Below are positions 46,557-56,243 of a stretch of 64,000 nt of DNA, piece by piece. The translations under genes and the position numbers were made by a program. Origin of the DNA: Cenarchaeum sp. (GTDB lineage: Archaea; Thermoproteota; Nitrososphaeria; Nitrososphaerales; Nitrosopumilaceae); assembly GCA_963693095.2 (NCBI GenBank), contig OY843768.1, positions 1,792,001 through 1,856,000 on the forward strand, in the 5' to 3' direction. The stretch's first letter is position 1; each line of letters begins with the position of its first letter. The notes below the pieces were generated by a model. The model saw nothing but the letters and a program-made list of their open reading frames with translations. It did no database searches and was not told where the DNA came from.

Positions 46557-47753
46557 CTACCTGCGCCTCGTTCTCGGCCGTGGGGTGTCTGTACTTATTA
46601 CCTCCATCATCGGATCGCTCTCAATGGAATGTGCAAACGAGTCACACGCCTCAGACTCACGTCCCAGTTTTGCCAACGCCACGCCCTTGATATAACATGC
46701 CCGCGCATACTCCATCCGTATGTTGTCATATGGTCCCCATCGCATATAGCTCTCATCGAGCCTGTTTTCGCCTTCTAGCGCCCGCACGCAATCGTCTAGC
46801 GCCTCATCATATTGTCCAAGATTAATGAGCGCATAGCATCTATCGAGAGAAAAACTAAATTCGTCATCATCATCTGTGTATCGCCACACCTCTGCTTCAA
46901 AGCTTGCGCGTGCGGCGCTGTGGTTTCCCTGCGTGTGCAGCCTGACTCCTTCTCTCATGCCCTTAAAAATGGCTGATATGACTATCGCTGGATACTTGGC
47001 ATACACGCGATTTGCTACCGTCTTGTCTGAGGACAGTTCAGCATACATATGACGAAGCTCCCTGGGCAAATTAGGTCGTGAATCCTGTAGTGACATGCTC
47101 ACGTAACCCGGGTGTGTGCCGTTACGCAGATCTTCTAGCACTATGTCACACAGGGATTCTGGCCTCCATTCACCCCCCACCTCACTCGTATGTGACTGAT
47201 GATCCCACTGTGATTCCCCCTCCCACGTTCTCTCGTATATGATATCTAGCTCGCATGAGTGACGTACCGCCCAATCCATGGCATGTAGGTGGCCTCCCTT
47301 CCTTGACCTTCCCGCAATGTAGCACATTTGAGTCTCGATATTTCCTGGTGCGATCTTGAGCGCTTTCCCGGCCATTTCTAAAGCTAGCTCACGTTTCTCA
47401 GATACTGATAATGGCGCTGCATATTCGTCTCCATATTCGTCTGCACCATAGAATTCTTCTTGAGACGTTGTATGCTCCTCACCATCCAGGTAAATCCTGG
47501 CGGCCAGCTCGTATGGAGCAGCAATGTCGGGGTTTAGCTTTATCGCATCTTCACACGCCTTGATGGCCACAATATATTCCCCGTGCCAGCGTGCAACCTC
47601 TGCCATGTCTAGATGGGCAAACACATTTTTGGGATTTCTTGAAATTTCGTCCTTGCATAGCTTGAAGTCATCTTCCCACCCGTTGTAACTCACAAAGCCC
47701 CACGCATTTTGGTTAATGCCCCGCATAACTGCCAAATCGCCTTCCAGCTCCAT
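46557..47753 (-). CDS. divergent TPR-containing protein
   Basis: TPR units at both ends (AIKLNPD, ALINLGQYDEAL, KGVALAKLGR). Confidence 0.7.
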   Translation of the reverse strand: MELEGDLAVMRGINQNAWGFVSYNGWEDDFKLCKDEISRNPKNVFAHLDMAEVARWHGEYIVAIKACEDAIKLNPDIAAPYELAARIYLDGEEHTTSQEEFYGADEYGDEYAAPLSVSEKRELALEMAGKALKIAPGNIETQMCYIAGRSRKGGHLHAMDWAVRHSCELDIIYERTWEGESQWDHQSHTSEVGGEWRPESLCDIVLEDLRNGTHPGYVSMSLQDSRPNLPRELRHMYAELSSDKTVANRVYAKYPAIVISAIFKGMREGVRLHTQGNHSAARASFEAEVWRYTDDDDEFSFSLDRCYALINLGQYDEALDDCVRALEGENRLDESYMRWGPYDNIRMEYARACYIKGVALAKLGRESEACDSFAHSIESDPMMEVISTDTPRPRTRRR

Positions 47754-47866
47754 TTATTAACATAGCTATGCGCTGACCACAACTCCCACGTCTATTGCCC
47801 ACTACACAAAAGCTTCACAACATTTTGTCCACAATGCTTAACAATAACCACACACCATCCCAAACC

Positions 47867-50830
47867 ATGACCCCGTGGTTCGGTCATGGATTTCTCGGAA
47901 AGCCAAAGCGCAAGTTCCTCAACGGCCAGCCGGATCCAGAGTATTGGGGGCCAGGATTCCATGAAAACCTCCGCGAGCCGCCGACTCGCAAGGGCGTCGT
48001 AGTCCACGAAATCTCACCAGTCCAGGACAGGTACTCTACGATACTCGCATCGGCCTCGCCACGCTCACTAGAGATAGTAAAGAATCCAGGAGACGAGGGA
48101 ATCCACATACTCGCGTCGGCCGCACCCGATGACGAGTCATATCCGGCCGAGACTGGCCATGACTGCACGCCAGTGGATGCGGCAGCACCAAAATGGATAC
48201 ATGACGAACGTGCGCGCGCATTTGACGTAGAGCTCACAACACAGCTAAACTTTGCGCCAGTCACCCCGCCAGCCCACGCGCTAAACATGCTCGCGCGAAC
48301 CATCGCCCCCAGGGTGTCAGACGGCATGTGGATACTGGCAGTCTTTGAGAACCGTACTGACATACTCGCGAGGCTAGCGCTACGTGCGCATGACGCAATA
48401 TCAGAGGCGCAGGAAATGGAGGGCGACATGGGCCTGACGGCGCGCACGCTAGAGCCCCACTATGCGGCGCGCGCCGGCTCGCCGCTAGCGGCCCTCTCGG
48501 TCAGGGGCGCGTTCGTGTCTGACTCGCCGGCGGCCATACTAGACTCACTAGACGCCACATTTGGCGCCATATCCATAGAGTGCGACACGCTCACCACGTG
48601 CTCCTATGACACTAAACGCTTCATCCCGTGGCTCGAGTCGCGCCAGCTTGCATCCGAGGGCGCATACGATTTACTTGACCAAAACTGCGCAATGTGGAAG
48701 GATCCCCGCCTTGGCTTTGGGCGCGACATGACCCCAATCCTGGTCCTCACGCCATCCGAGCTCTCTGCCCTCCTGCGCATCCCAGACGATCCGGCACTCG
48801 ACATTCGGTACATGCGGCGCAGGCGCGGGGGCGCAAAGGAGGACGTTCTTGGCCACGACCTCGCCTCAAACGACTATTCGCGCCTCACGGTCTCGAGTGC
48901 CTCGATATCGCCCGAGCACATGCTGGCCCACACGTACCTTCTTGGCGCAACGGGCACGGGCAAGACGAGCCTCATGCGCTCATTTGCGCACCACATCAGC
49001 ACGCCAAAGCAGGGCTACCTCCCCCCCGCGCTCATCATCATCGACGTAAAGGACGATGACGGACCGGCGTATTTCACGCAGCTAGACCCCGAGGTGATCG
49101 CCTCGGGCCGCGTGAGATACATTGACATAAACCACACCGACTTTGCGATAAACCCCCTCGAGCTGCCGCCGCACACAGAGTCCACGCGCGACCTAGTCGT
49201 CTCGCGCAAGGTGGGCCAGGTCGCCTCGTTCCTAAAGGAGGTCTACAGCCAGCGTACCCTCATGGTCCAAGTCGAGCGCCTGATCAGGCTCCTCCTCACG
49301 CACCTCTACTCGCGCTCGTCCTCGCCCACGATGGCCGACCTTTACAACATCATCACGACGAACCTCAATGACCCGACGGCGGCGGCCAGGCGCATGGCGA
49401 CGGCCTCGCCCGAGCTCTCACAAGCCCTCTCCTCGCTAGCAAAGATGCCGCGAGACTCGTGGATACCGCTCATCAACAGGATCGAGCCGTTCGCAGTCGA
49501 CGCATACATGAAAAAGAGGTTCTCGGTGCGCCACGGCACAGTCGACTTTGCAAAGATGCTAGAGCCCGGCCAGATCACGATAATTCGCGCATCAGAGGCC
49601 GAGACGCCCCAGCACGCGCACCCAATAATACCCACGATTATATCGCTTGGGATATGGAACGCGCTGCTCGCGCGCGCCGAGTCTCGAGCCGAGCGCACGC
49701 CTGTCATGCTCTTTCTTGACGAGTTCCACATGATGCGCGACGTCACGCTCCTAAAGTCAATGCTCTCGCGCGGGCGTTCACTGGGCCTGGGCCTGGTCCT
49801 CGCGCACCAAAACCTCTCACAGGTCGACCGGTCGCTCCTTGACACGATAATGGGCAACACGTCAACGCACATACACGGCAGGGTCCTGGGGGTCGACGCG
49901 CGCACGATCGCAACGGTGATGGATCCGGCCCATGCGGCCGAGCTCACAGACCAGATCAGCGGCCTGCCAGACCACTCGTTTCTCATAAGCAGGGTCCCGC
50001 CCGCCGGCGCCGAGCGCGCGCCACCGGTGCGATTTGAGGCCCACGCCCCGCCGCCGTGCGTCATGGATCCTGCCCAGCTAGAGGCGTTCCAGGAGAAAAT
50101 GTCCGAGCTCCACCAGCCCGACCGCACTGCTGACTCTACGCCGCTTGACGCGTGGAGGTCAGAGCTCCTCGTCGAGCTGCCCACCCGGCTCGAGTGGCAC
50201 ATCATCATCGCGATGCGCCACGCCGGCTCTAGCACCGTGCCGCTAGCAAAGGGCGCGGTCCTCGCGGGCCTCATCAGGGAGCGCCACGCCGTCTCTAGCG
50301 CACTCTCCTCGATGGTGCGGCGCGGACTGGTCCAAAGGGTCTCATCAGTCAGGTGCGGCAGCGAGGAGCGCCCGACGCACGCGCTCACCGAGGCCTGCAA
50401 AAAGATGTACCTGCCCGAGTCCTTTGGCTCGATCGGAACAGCAAAGGGCATCGAGGAGGCAGCCAGGGCGGCCTTTGAGCACCATGTCTCACTGGGCCAC
50501 TTTGTCACAGTCGCCTCGCAGGGCAGGACGATCGACTCAAAGAACACAGTCGACATGATAGCGTATGACTATGAGACTGACAGCGCGCGCAGCGTCGAGG
50601 TCGAGTCTATAACGGAGGTAAAGAGCAACCCCGAGCACGTCATATTCAACATGACAAAGTGGGAGGACATGGGCTTTGTCGGCTGCGACACATGGTCTGC
50701 CAACCCCGCCGTCGTGAGCCTGCGCGAGAGGGTTCCCGAGCCGACGCGCATGGCAGTCACGTGCCATGTCCTGCAGGACGGCGAGTGGACAAGCCGCACG
50801 GCGGTCCAGGAAAAGATTGGGGGGACGTGA
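47867..50830 (+). CDS. HerA/VirD4(TraD)-like ATPase with C-terminal wHTH-like and PD-(D/E)XK-like domains
   Basis: HTYLLGATGTGKT Walker A, INPLE, FLDEFH Walker B and GRSLGLGLVLAHQNLSQ. C-terminal VDMIAYD...SVEVES. Confidence 0.8.
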   Translation: MTPWFGHGFLGKPKRKFLNGQPDPEYWGPGFHENLREPPTRKGVVVHEISPVQDRYSTILASASPRSLEIVKNPGDEGIHILASAAPDDESYPAETGHDCTPVDAAAPKWIHDERARAFDVELTTQLNFAPVTPPAHALNMLARTIAPRVSDGMWILAVFENRTDILARLALRAHDAISEAQEMEGDMGLTARTLEPHYAARAGSPLAALSVRGAFVSDSPAAILDSLDATFGAISIECDTLTTCSYDTKRFIPWLESRQLASEGAYDLLDQNCAMWKDPRLGFGRDMTPILVLTPSELSALLRIPDDPALDIRYMRRRRGGAKEDVLGHDLASNDYSRLTVSSASISPEHMLAHTYLLGATGTGKTSLMRSFAHHISTPKQGYLPPALIIIDVKDDDGPAYFTQLDPEVIASGRVRYIDINHTDFAINPLELPPHTESTRDLVVSRKVGQVASFLKEVYSQRTLMVQVERLIRLLLTHLYSRSSSPTMADLYNIITTNLNDPTAAARRMATASPELSQALSSLAKMPRDSWIPLINRIEPFAVDAYMKKRFSVRHGTVDFAKMLEPGQITIIRASEAETPQHAHPIIPTIISLGIWNALLARAESRAERTPVMLFLDEFHMMRDVTLLKSMLSRGRSLGLGLVLAHQNLSQVDRSLLDTIMGNTSTHIHGRVLGVDARTIATVMDPAHAAELTDQISGLPDHSFLISRVPPAGAERAPPVRFEAHAPPPCVMDPAQLEAFQEKMSELHQPDRTADSTPLDAWRSELLVELPTRLEWHIIIAMRHAGSSTVPLAKGAVLAGLIRERHAVSSALSSMVRRGLVQRVSSVRCGSEERPTHALTEACKKMYLPESFGSIGTAKGIEEAARAAFEHHVSLGHFVTVASQGRTIDSKNTVDMIAYDYETDSARSVEVESITEVKSNPEHVIFNMTKWEDMGFVGCDTWSANPAVVSLRERVPEPTRMAVTCHVLQDGEWTSRTAVQEKIGGT

Positions 50831-50908
50831 GGCGCCGATGGGCGCTGTGGGCCATGCGCCTGACCTGTGCAATCTCTGGCCACGCCGTACGCCCCAAACC
50901 TCCCTGTG

Positions 50909-52162
50909 CTATTCCCGCACCGCCCCATAGCGCCTTGCAATCTCTTCCTGCGCCCTTTGCGCCCCCGGCACCCTCTTGAAGGCCTCCTCGGCCTCACCGG
51001 GGCGACCAAGCACCATTAGCGCTGCACCCATGCCCAGGTGGCCGGCGACGATGTCAGGGTCCAGCTCGACTGCGCGCTCGTATGCGCCCAGGGCCTCCTC
51101 GTTGCGCCCAAGCAGGGTGAGGGCCAGGCCATGACTGGCGTGCGCCATGGGATTCTCGGGGTTTAGGCGAATCGCCACGCTTGCGCTCTTGACGGCCTCC
51201 TCGGACCTGTCCATCGAGTTGAGGATCATTGCGCGATTAGAGTGACCGTCACCATTGTCGCCGTCCAGCTCGATCGCGCGCTCTGTGACCTCTAGGGCCT
51301 CGGCATTGCGCCCAAGGTCAAAGAGGGCACGCCCGAGATGGATGTACGAGTTGTACTCTTTGGGATCCAGCTCGATTGCGCGCCTGTGCGCCTCGGCTCC
51401 CTCCTCGCGCCGAGCGCGCAAGAGCAGCGCCGTCCCCCTCCTCGAGTGGACACTCGCGTCTCGCTGGCCAAGCTCGATCGCGCGATCAAGGGCATCGATG
51501 GCCTCCTCACAGCGGCCGGACTCGAGGAGGATCATGCCCCTGCAGCTGTGCGCCTCGGCGGCGTTTTCGTGTTTTGCGATAAACGTGTCGAGTCCTGCGA
51601 GCGCCTCCTCGCTGCGTCCGGCCCTGTGCAGCGCCTCGGCGTGACACTTTTGCGCCAGCGCCGAGTCAGGCGTCATGGCCACCGCCTCGCCTGCTGCGGC
51701 CACTGACTCTTCATGGCGTCCCGATCCTGCCAGGATGATCGACTTCATCTCGAGCGCAAAGTCGTCATCAGGCTCCAGCTCCACTGCGTGGCTCACCGCG
51801 GCCAGTGACTCCTCGCGGCGCTCAAGCGCGCAGAGCGCCAGCGAACGGAGCGTGTGCGCCCTGGCAGAGCCGGCCCTCACCCTTACGGCGCGCTCGGCCA
51901 CCTCTAGGCCATCATTGAGCCGCCCCGCCTTGAGATGGGCCATGCCGAGCCTGAACATAGAGTCAATGTCCCCAGAGTCAAGCTCGATTGCCCTCTTCCA
52001 GTACACTATGGAATCCTCGTCACGGTTCAGCGCGCATAGGGCGTAGCCCATGCGCCTTTGTGCGACTGTGTCATCGGGCCTCTCGCGAACCTCCCGCTCG
52101 CACTCCTCTAGTGGCATCGGCTCGTCGTCCTTGCCTGCCGAGCCCCCGCTTCCCGAGCCCAT
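50909..52162 (-). CDS. TPR-repeat protein (array member)
   Basis: MGSG start, LEECEREVRERPDD N-terminal motif and ~11 TPR units. Confidence 0.88.
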   Translation of the reverse strand: MGSGSGGSAGKDDEPMPLEECEREVRERPDDTVAQRRMGYALCALNRDEDSIVYWKRAIELDSGDIDSMFRLGMAHLKAGRLNDGLEVAERAVRVRAGSARAHTLRSLALCALERREESLAAVSHAVELEPDDDFALEMKSIILAGSGRHEESVAAAGEAVAMTPDSALAQKCHAEALHRAGRSEEALAGLDTFIAKHENAAEAHSCRGMILLESGRCEEAIDALDRAIELGQRDASVHSRRGTALLLRARREEGAEAHRRAIELDPKEYNSYIHLGRALFDLGRNAEALEVTERAIELDGDNGDGHSNRAMILNSMDRSEEAVKSASVAIRLNPENPMAHASHGLALTLLGRNEEALGAYERAVELDPDIVAGHLGMGAALMVLGRPGEAEEAFKRVPGAQRAQEEIARRYGAVRE

Positions 52163-52203
52163 GTCCCAGGCTGCCAGGGGGCTGCTCCTATAATTTTTGT
52201 CCC
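52160..52203 (-). promoter_or_regulatory. repeated TPR promoter module (further copies at ~53601-53644, 55048-55091, 58656-58698, 59639-59682 and 61090-61133)
   Basis: Consensus GG(A/G)CAA(A/T)AATTATAGGAGC...ATGGGCTC, with the TATA box 27-32 bp before ATG. Confidence 0.75.
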
Positions 52204-52397
52204 GCAATCAGGCACTGTCCACGAATGATCCCACGATTCATGCCGGCATCTCTCAAACCGCTCAAGACTGCGCAAAGGCTCTCACCCGAGGACGCTGTGG
52301 GCTGTGGGCCGTGCGCCTGCCCTGCGCAACATCCGGCCACGCTGTGCGCCCCAAGTCTCCCCTGCCAGAACCCCGCCATCCCAAAGCGCCCTCGCGC

Positions 52398-53603
52398 CTA
52401 GTCCTGCTCCTTTTGCGCCTCGGCTGCCCTCTTGAATGCCTCCTTGGCCTCTGCATGGCGACCCAGCACGGCCAGCGTCTCGGCCCTCCCATCGTGGCCG
52501 ATGCCCATATCTGGCTCCAGCTCGACTGCGCGATCAAAGGCGGCCAGGGCCTCCTCGTTGCGTCCAAGCAGGGAGAGGGCCATGCCGTGGCAGATATGCG
52601 CCACAATGTTCCTCGGGTTTATGCGAATCGCCACCTTGGCACTCTTGACTGCCTCGTCGGCCCTGTCCAGCCTGTTTAGAGTCCCCGCGAGATCGCTGTG
52701 CCCCTCATCACGGTTGCCGTCCAGCTCGATTGCGCGTTCTGTTGCCTCGAGCGCCTCGGTGTAGCGCTTTAGGCGAAAGAGGGCGCGCCCGAGATAGAGG
52801 CGCAACTTGTACTCTTTGGGATCAATCTCGATTCCGCGCCTGCATGCCTCGGCTGCCTCCTCGTGCCGACCGCATCCGAACAGCGCACTCCCCATCATCA
52901 AGTAAACCTTCGAGCCTCCCTGACCAAGCTCGATCGCGCGATCAAGGGCGTCGATGGCCTCCTCGGAACGTCCGCTCTCAAAGAGGACAGTGCTCCTGTG
53001 GCAGTGTGACTCGGCGTCGTCTCCGTCTGCTGCGATGAGCGCGTCGAACTCGGCTAGCGCCTCCTCGCTGCGGCCGATCCCGTGCAGCGCATCGGCGCGG
53101 TGCATGTGCGCTGATGCCGAGTCAGGGTTCAGCTTCACCGCCTTGTCTGCTGCGTCCATCGCCTCGTCCATGCGCCCCAAGCCCACCAGGATAACTGACT
53201 TTAACTCGTGTGACCCGCTATCGTCAGGATTGAGCTCGACTGCGAGATTCACCGCCGCCAGCGCCTCCCCGATGCGCCCAAGCGAGCCGAGCGCCAACGA
53301 ACGGAGCATGTGCGCCTTGGACGAATCAGCCCTTGCGCCAATCGCGCGCTCGGCCGCCTCTAGGCCATCATTGTACCGCCCCGCCCTGAGATGTGCAATG
53401 CAGAGGTTGACTAGCGCATCAAAGCCCACGGGATCGAGCTCGACTGCCCTTTGCAAGTACGCCAGCGCCTCCTCACCGCGACCCAGACTGGTCAGCGCGT
53501 CCCCCATGCGCCTCTGCGCGACTGCGTCATCGGGCCTCTCGCGAACCGCCCGCTCGCACTCCTCTAGTGTCATCGGCGTGGCCTCCTCGCTCCCCGAGCC
53601 CAT
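52398..53603 (-). CDS. TPR-repeat protein (array member)
   Basis: Same architecture as 50909; start assigned from the shared promoter. Confidence 0.88.
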   Translation of the reverse strand: MGSGSEEATPMTLEECERAVRERPDDAVAQRRMGDALTSLGRGEEALAYLQRAVELDPVGFDALVNLCIAHLRAGRYNDGLEAAERAIGARADSSKAHMLRSLALGSLGRIGEALAAVNLAVELNPDDSGSHELKSVILVGLGRMDEAMDAADKAVKLNPDSASAHMHRADALHGIGRSEEALAEFDALIAADGDDAESHCHRSTVLFESGRSEEAIDALDRAIELGQGGSKVYLMMGSALFGCGRHEEAAEACRRGIEIDPKEYKLRLYLGRALFRLKRYTEALEATERAIELDGNRDEGHSDLAGTLNRLDRADEAVKSAKVAIRINPRNIVAHICHGMALSLLGRNEEALAAFDRAVELEPDMGIGHDGRAETLAVLGRHAEAKEAFKRAAEAQKEQD

Positions 53604-53796
53604 GTCCAGGGCTGCCACGGGGCTGCTCCTATAATTTTTGTCCTGCAATCAGGCCCTGTCCACGAATGGTTCTGCGATTCATGCCGACATTTCTCAAACC
53701 GCAAGACTGCGCAGGACCCTCACCCGAGGACGCTGTGGGCCGTGCGCCTGCCCTGCGCAACATCTAGGCCACGCTGTGCGCCCAAAGTCTCTGACG

Positions 53797-55050
53797 CTAG
53801 ATCCCCGATATCCCGATGTTCTTTGCCTTTTCGTCCTGCTTCCTTTGCGCCCCAGGCACCCTCTTGAGGGCCTTCTTTGCCTCCGCATGGCGGCCCAGCA
53901 CGCCTAGCACCTCGGCCATGCCCTCATGGACCATGGCCATGTCTGGCCTCAGCTCTAGTGCGCGCTCATAGGCGGCCAAGGCCTCCTCGTTGCGCCCAAG
54001 CAGGGAGAGGGCCTTGCCGTGGCCGACATAGGCCGTGCATCTCAGCGGGTTTATGCGCATCGCCGCCTTTGCGCTCTCGGCGGCCTCGGCAGCCCTGTCC
54101 ATATTGTTTAGAAGTGCCGCGCGATCACTGTGACCCTCGTCATGGTTGTATTCCAGCTCGATTGCGCGCTCTGTAACCTCGAGCGCCTCGGCGTGGCGAT
54201 TTAGGGCAGTGAGGGCGCGCTCGAGATAGATGTGCAGGTCGTAATCCTTGGGATACAGCTCGATTCCGCGCCTGCATGCCTCGGCTGCCTCCTCGTGCCG
54301 ACCGAGCACGAACAGCATGGCCCCCTTGCTCAGGTGAACCCTCGAACCGCCCATCCCCAGCTCGATCGCGCGATCAAAGGCCTCGAGGGCATCCTCGCCA
54401 CGTCCGCACTCTGAGAGGATCTCGCCCCTGCAGTGGTGCGCCTCGGCATCCTCTCGGCCCGTGGCGATGAGCGCGTCGATCTCTGCTAGCGCCTCCTCTT
54501 CGCGGCCGAGCTCGACTAGCGCCTCGGCGCGCAGCCTGTGCGCTTTGGCCGAGCCGGGGTCCGGCGCCTCGGCCTCGCCTCCTGCGGCCCTTGCCTCGTC
54601 ATGGCGTCCCATGGCAGTCAGGATCCTTGCCTGCATCTCGCGCGTTACGGGCTCATCAGGATCAAGCTCGACTGCGCGACTCACCGCCACGCGCGCCTCC
54701 TCGAGGCGTCCATTCGCGGCGAGCGCCGTCGCGTGGGCCATGTGCGTCCTGGACAGATCGCCCCTTGTCTCCACCGCACGCTCGGCCATCTCGAGGCCCT
54801 CCTTGCGCCGCCTCATCTTGAGATAGACAAGGCTAATGCAGAACATCGTCCTGACGTCACTCGAATCGAGCTCGACGGCCCTCTTCCAGTATACCATGGC
54901 ATCCTCGTCACGGCTCAGCGCGCTTAGGGCGTAGCCCATGGCCCTTTGCGCGTCCACGTCATCAGGCCTGCCGCGCACCCGCCGCTCGCACTCCTCAAGC
55001 GATATCGAGCCGTCGTCCCTGCCTGCCGCGCCCCCGCCTCTTGAGCCCAT
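53797..55050 (-). CDS. TPR-repeat protein (array member; close paralog of 59839)
   Basis: MGSRGGG...LEECERRVR start followed by TPR units. Confidence 0.88.
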   Translation of the reverse strand: MGSRGGGAAGRDDGSISLEECERRVRGRPDDVDAQRAMGYALSALSRDEDAMVYWKRAVELDSSDVRTMFCISLVYLKMRRRKEGLEMAERAVETRGDLSRTHMAHATALAANGRLEEARVAVSRAVELDPDEPVTREMQARILTAMGRHDEARAAGGEAEAPDPGSAKAHRLRAEALVELGREEEALAEIDALIATGREDAEAHHCRGEILSECGRGEDALEAFDRAIELGMGGSRVHLSKGAMLFVLGRHEEAAEACRRGIELYPKDYDLHIYLERALTALNRHAEALEVTERAIELEYNHDEGHSDRAALLNNMDRAAEAAESAKAAMRINPLRCTAYVGHGKALSLLGRNEEALAAYERALELRPDMAMVHEGMAEVLGVLGRHAEAKKALKRVPGAQRKQDEKAKNIGISGI

Positions 55051-55129
55051 GTCTCAGGCTGCCAGGGGCTGCTCCTATAATTTTTGCCCTGCAGTCGGGC
55101 ACGGTTGCCCTATACGGAGAGCAGGGGCG

Positions 55130-56196
55130 TTACCCGTTCCTGTCCTCCTCCATCCACCCCGGGTTCTCGGCCCTGACCCGCTCATCGGCCCTCCGCCTCC
55201 TAAAGGCCAGCAGGGGCGTCTCGCCGGTCTTCATGTCGAGGGCAAAGTGGAGCCTCTCCTCGTTATAGTAGCCGATAAAGTCGCCGATCCTGGCAAAGTT
55301 GTCGACCTCGTCCTCGAAAGTCTGAAAGAACCTTCCGGCCTTGCCGCTGGTCCGGGAGTGGCCGGCGCGCGACAGGACGTGCGATATTCCGGCATTGCGC
55401 AGCTCCTGCTCAAAGATCGTCGGCGTCTGGCCGCTGCGCGGGGCGCCGCGCCGGCTCGCCGTGAACTGCGTCCCGTGGTCCGAGAGCACCTGCGCCGGCG
55501 CGCCAAACCTCCCGATCGCGTGGTGCAGCACGAGCGCCGTGTTGCCTGACGTGGCCTCAGAAAAGACGCCATACCCCGTCACGCACCTCGACGCGTCATC
55601 AAGGTACGCGACGAGGTGCGAGCCCGGAAGCGGCCCGTATTTCATCACGTGCCAGTCCACGTGCCACATCGCGTTGGAGTACTTTCGCTCAAAGCGAACC
55701 CACTTGCGCTTTTGCGGCCTTGCCCCCGAGCCCTTGACTGCGCCCCCCGCTGCCAATGTGCGGCACGCCGCGCCGTGCGCTATTTTTAAGTTGTTGAGCC
55801 GAATGCGCATGACTGGGAGAACCACGCCGACGGGGTTGCGCGAGTACCCGCCGAGAGCCTCGTCGAGCTGCGTCATGCGGGGCCAGACCCTGGCGATCGC
55901 GCACTGCGCCTCTTGCGCTTGCCCTGACGCTTGCCCTTTAGCGCGTTAACGCCGCGCTCCTCCCACAGATCGACCCATTCTTCGACCTGCCCTGCCTTTA
56001 GCTCCACGTTCAGCTCCCGCCCTAGCTCCCTGGCCACCTTCTTGCACGACATGTTGATGTCCACGACCATGTGCACGGCCAGCATCCTCATCCACGCCTC
56101 CTCGTCACGCTCAGCACGCATCGTCCACTTTAGCAATGCCAGCTCGTCATCGTCCGCGTCCCGGCACAAGCCCCACACACCCCCTGCTACCGCCAC
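55130..56196 (-). mobile_element. degenerate IS remnant: HTH ORF (55873-56196) plus IS481/rve-type transposase ORF (55130-55876)
   Basis: RFERKYSNAMWHVDW, YLDDASR, SDHGTQF and YYNEERLH. The catalytic Glu is replaced (GKAGRFF). No ends identified. Confidence 0.7.
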
Positions 56197-56243
56197 CTCG
56201 CGCAGTCCTGCTCAGCACTGCCCGCACCACAAACCCCCCAAGG

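Noticed and set aside
49342-50556. 404-aa minus-strand ORF and many similar overlapping ORFs in GC-rich regions
   Set aside because: Ser/Arg/Ala-rich antisense shadows of real genes, expected at high GC.
52163-52207. Conserved N-terminal peptide RDKNYRSSP in TPR ORF calls
   Set aside because: It is the translated promoter (AAAAATTATAGG) and is not in frame in every copy; the true starts are at MGS.
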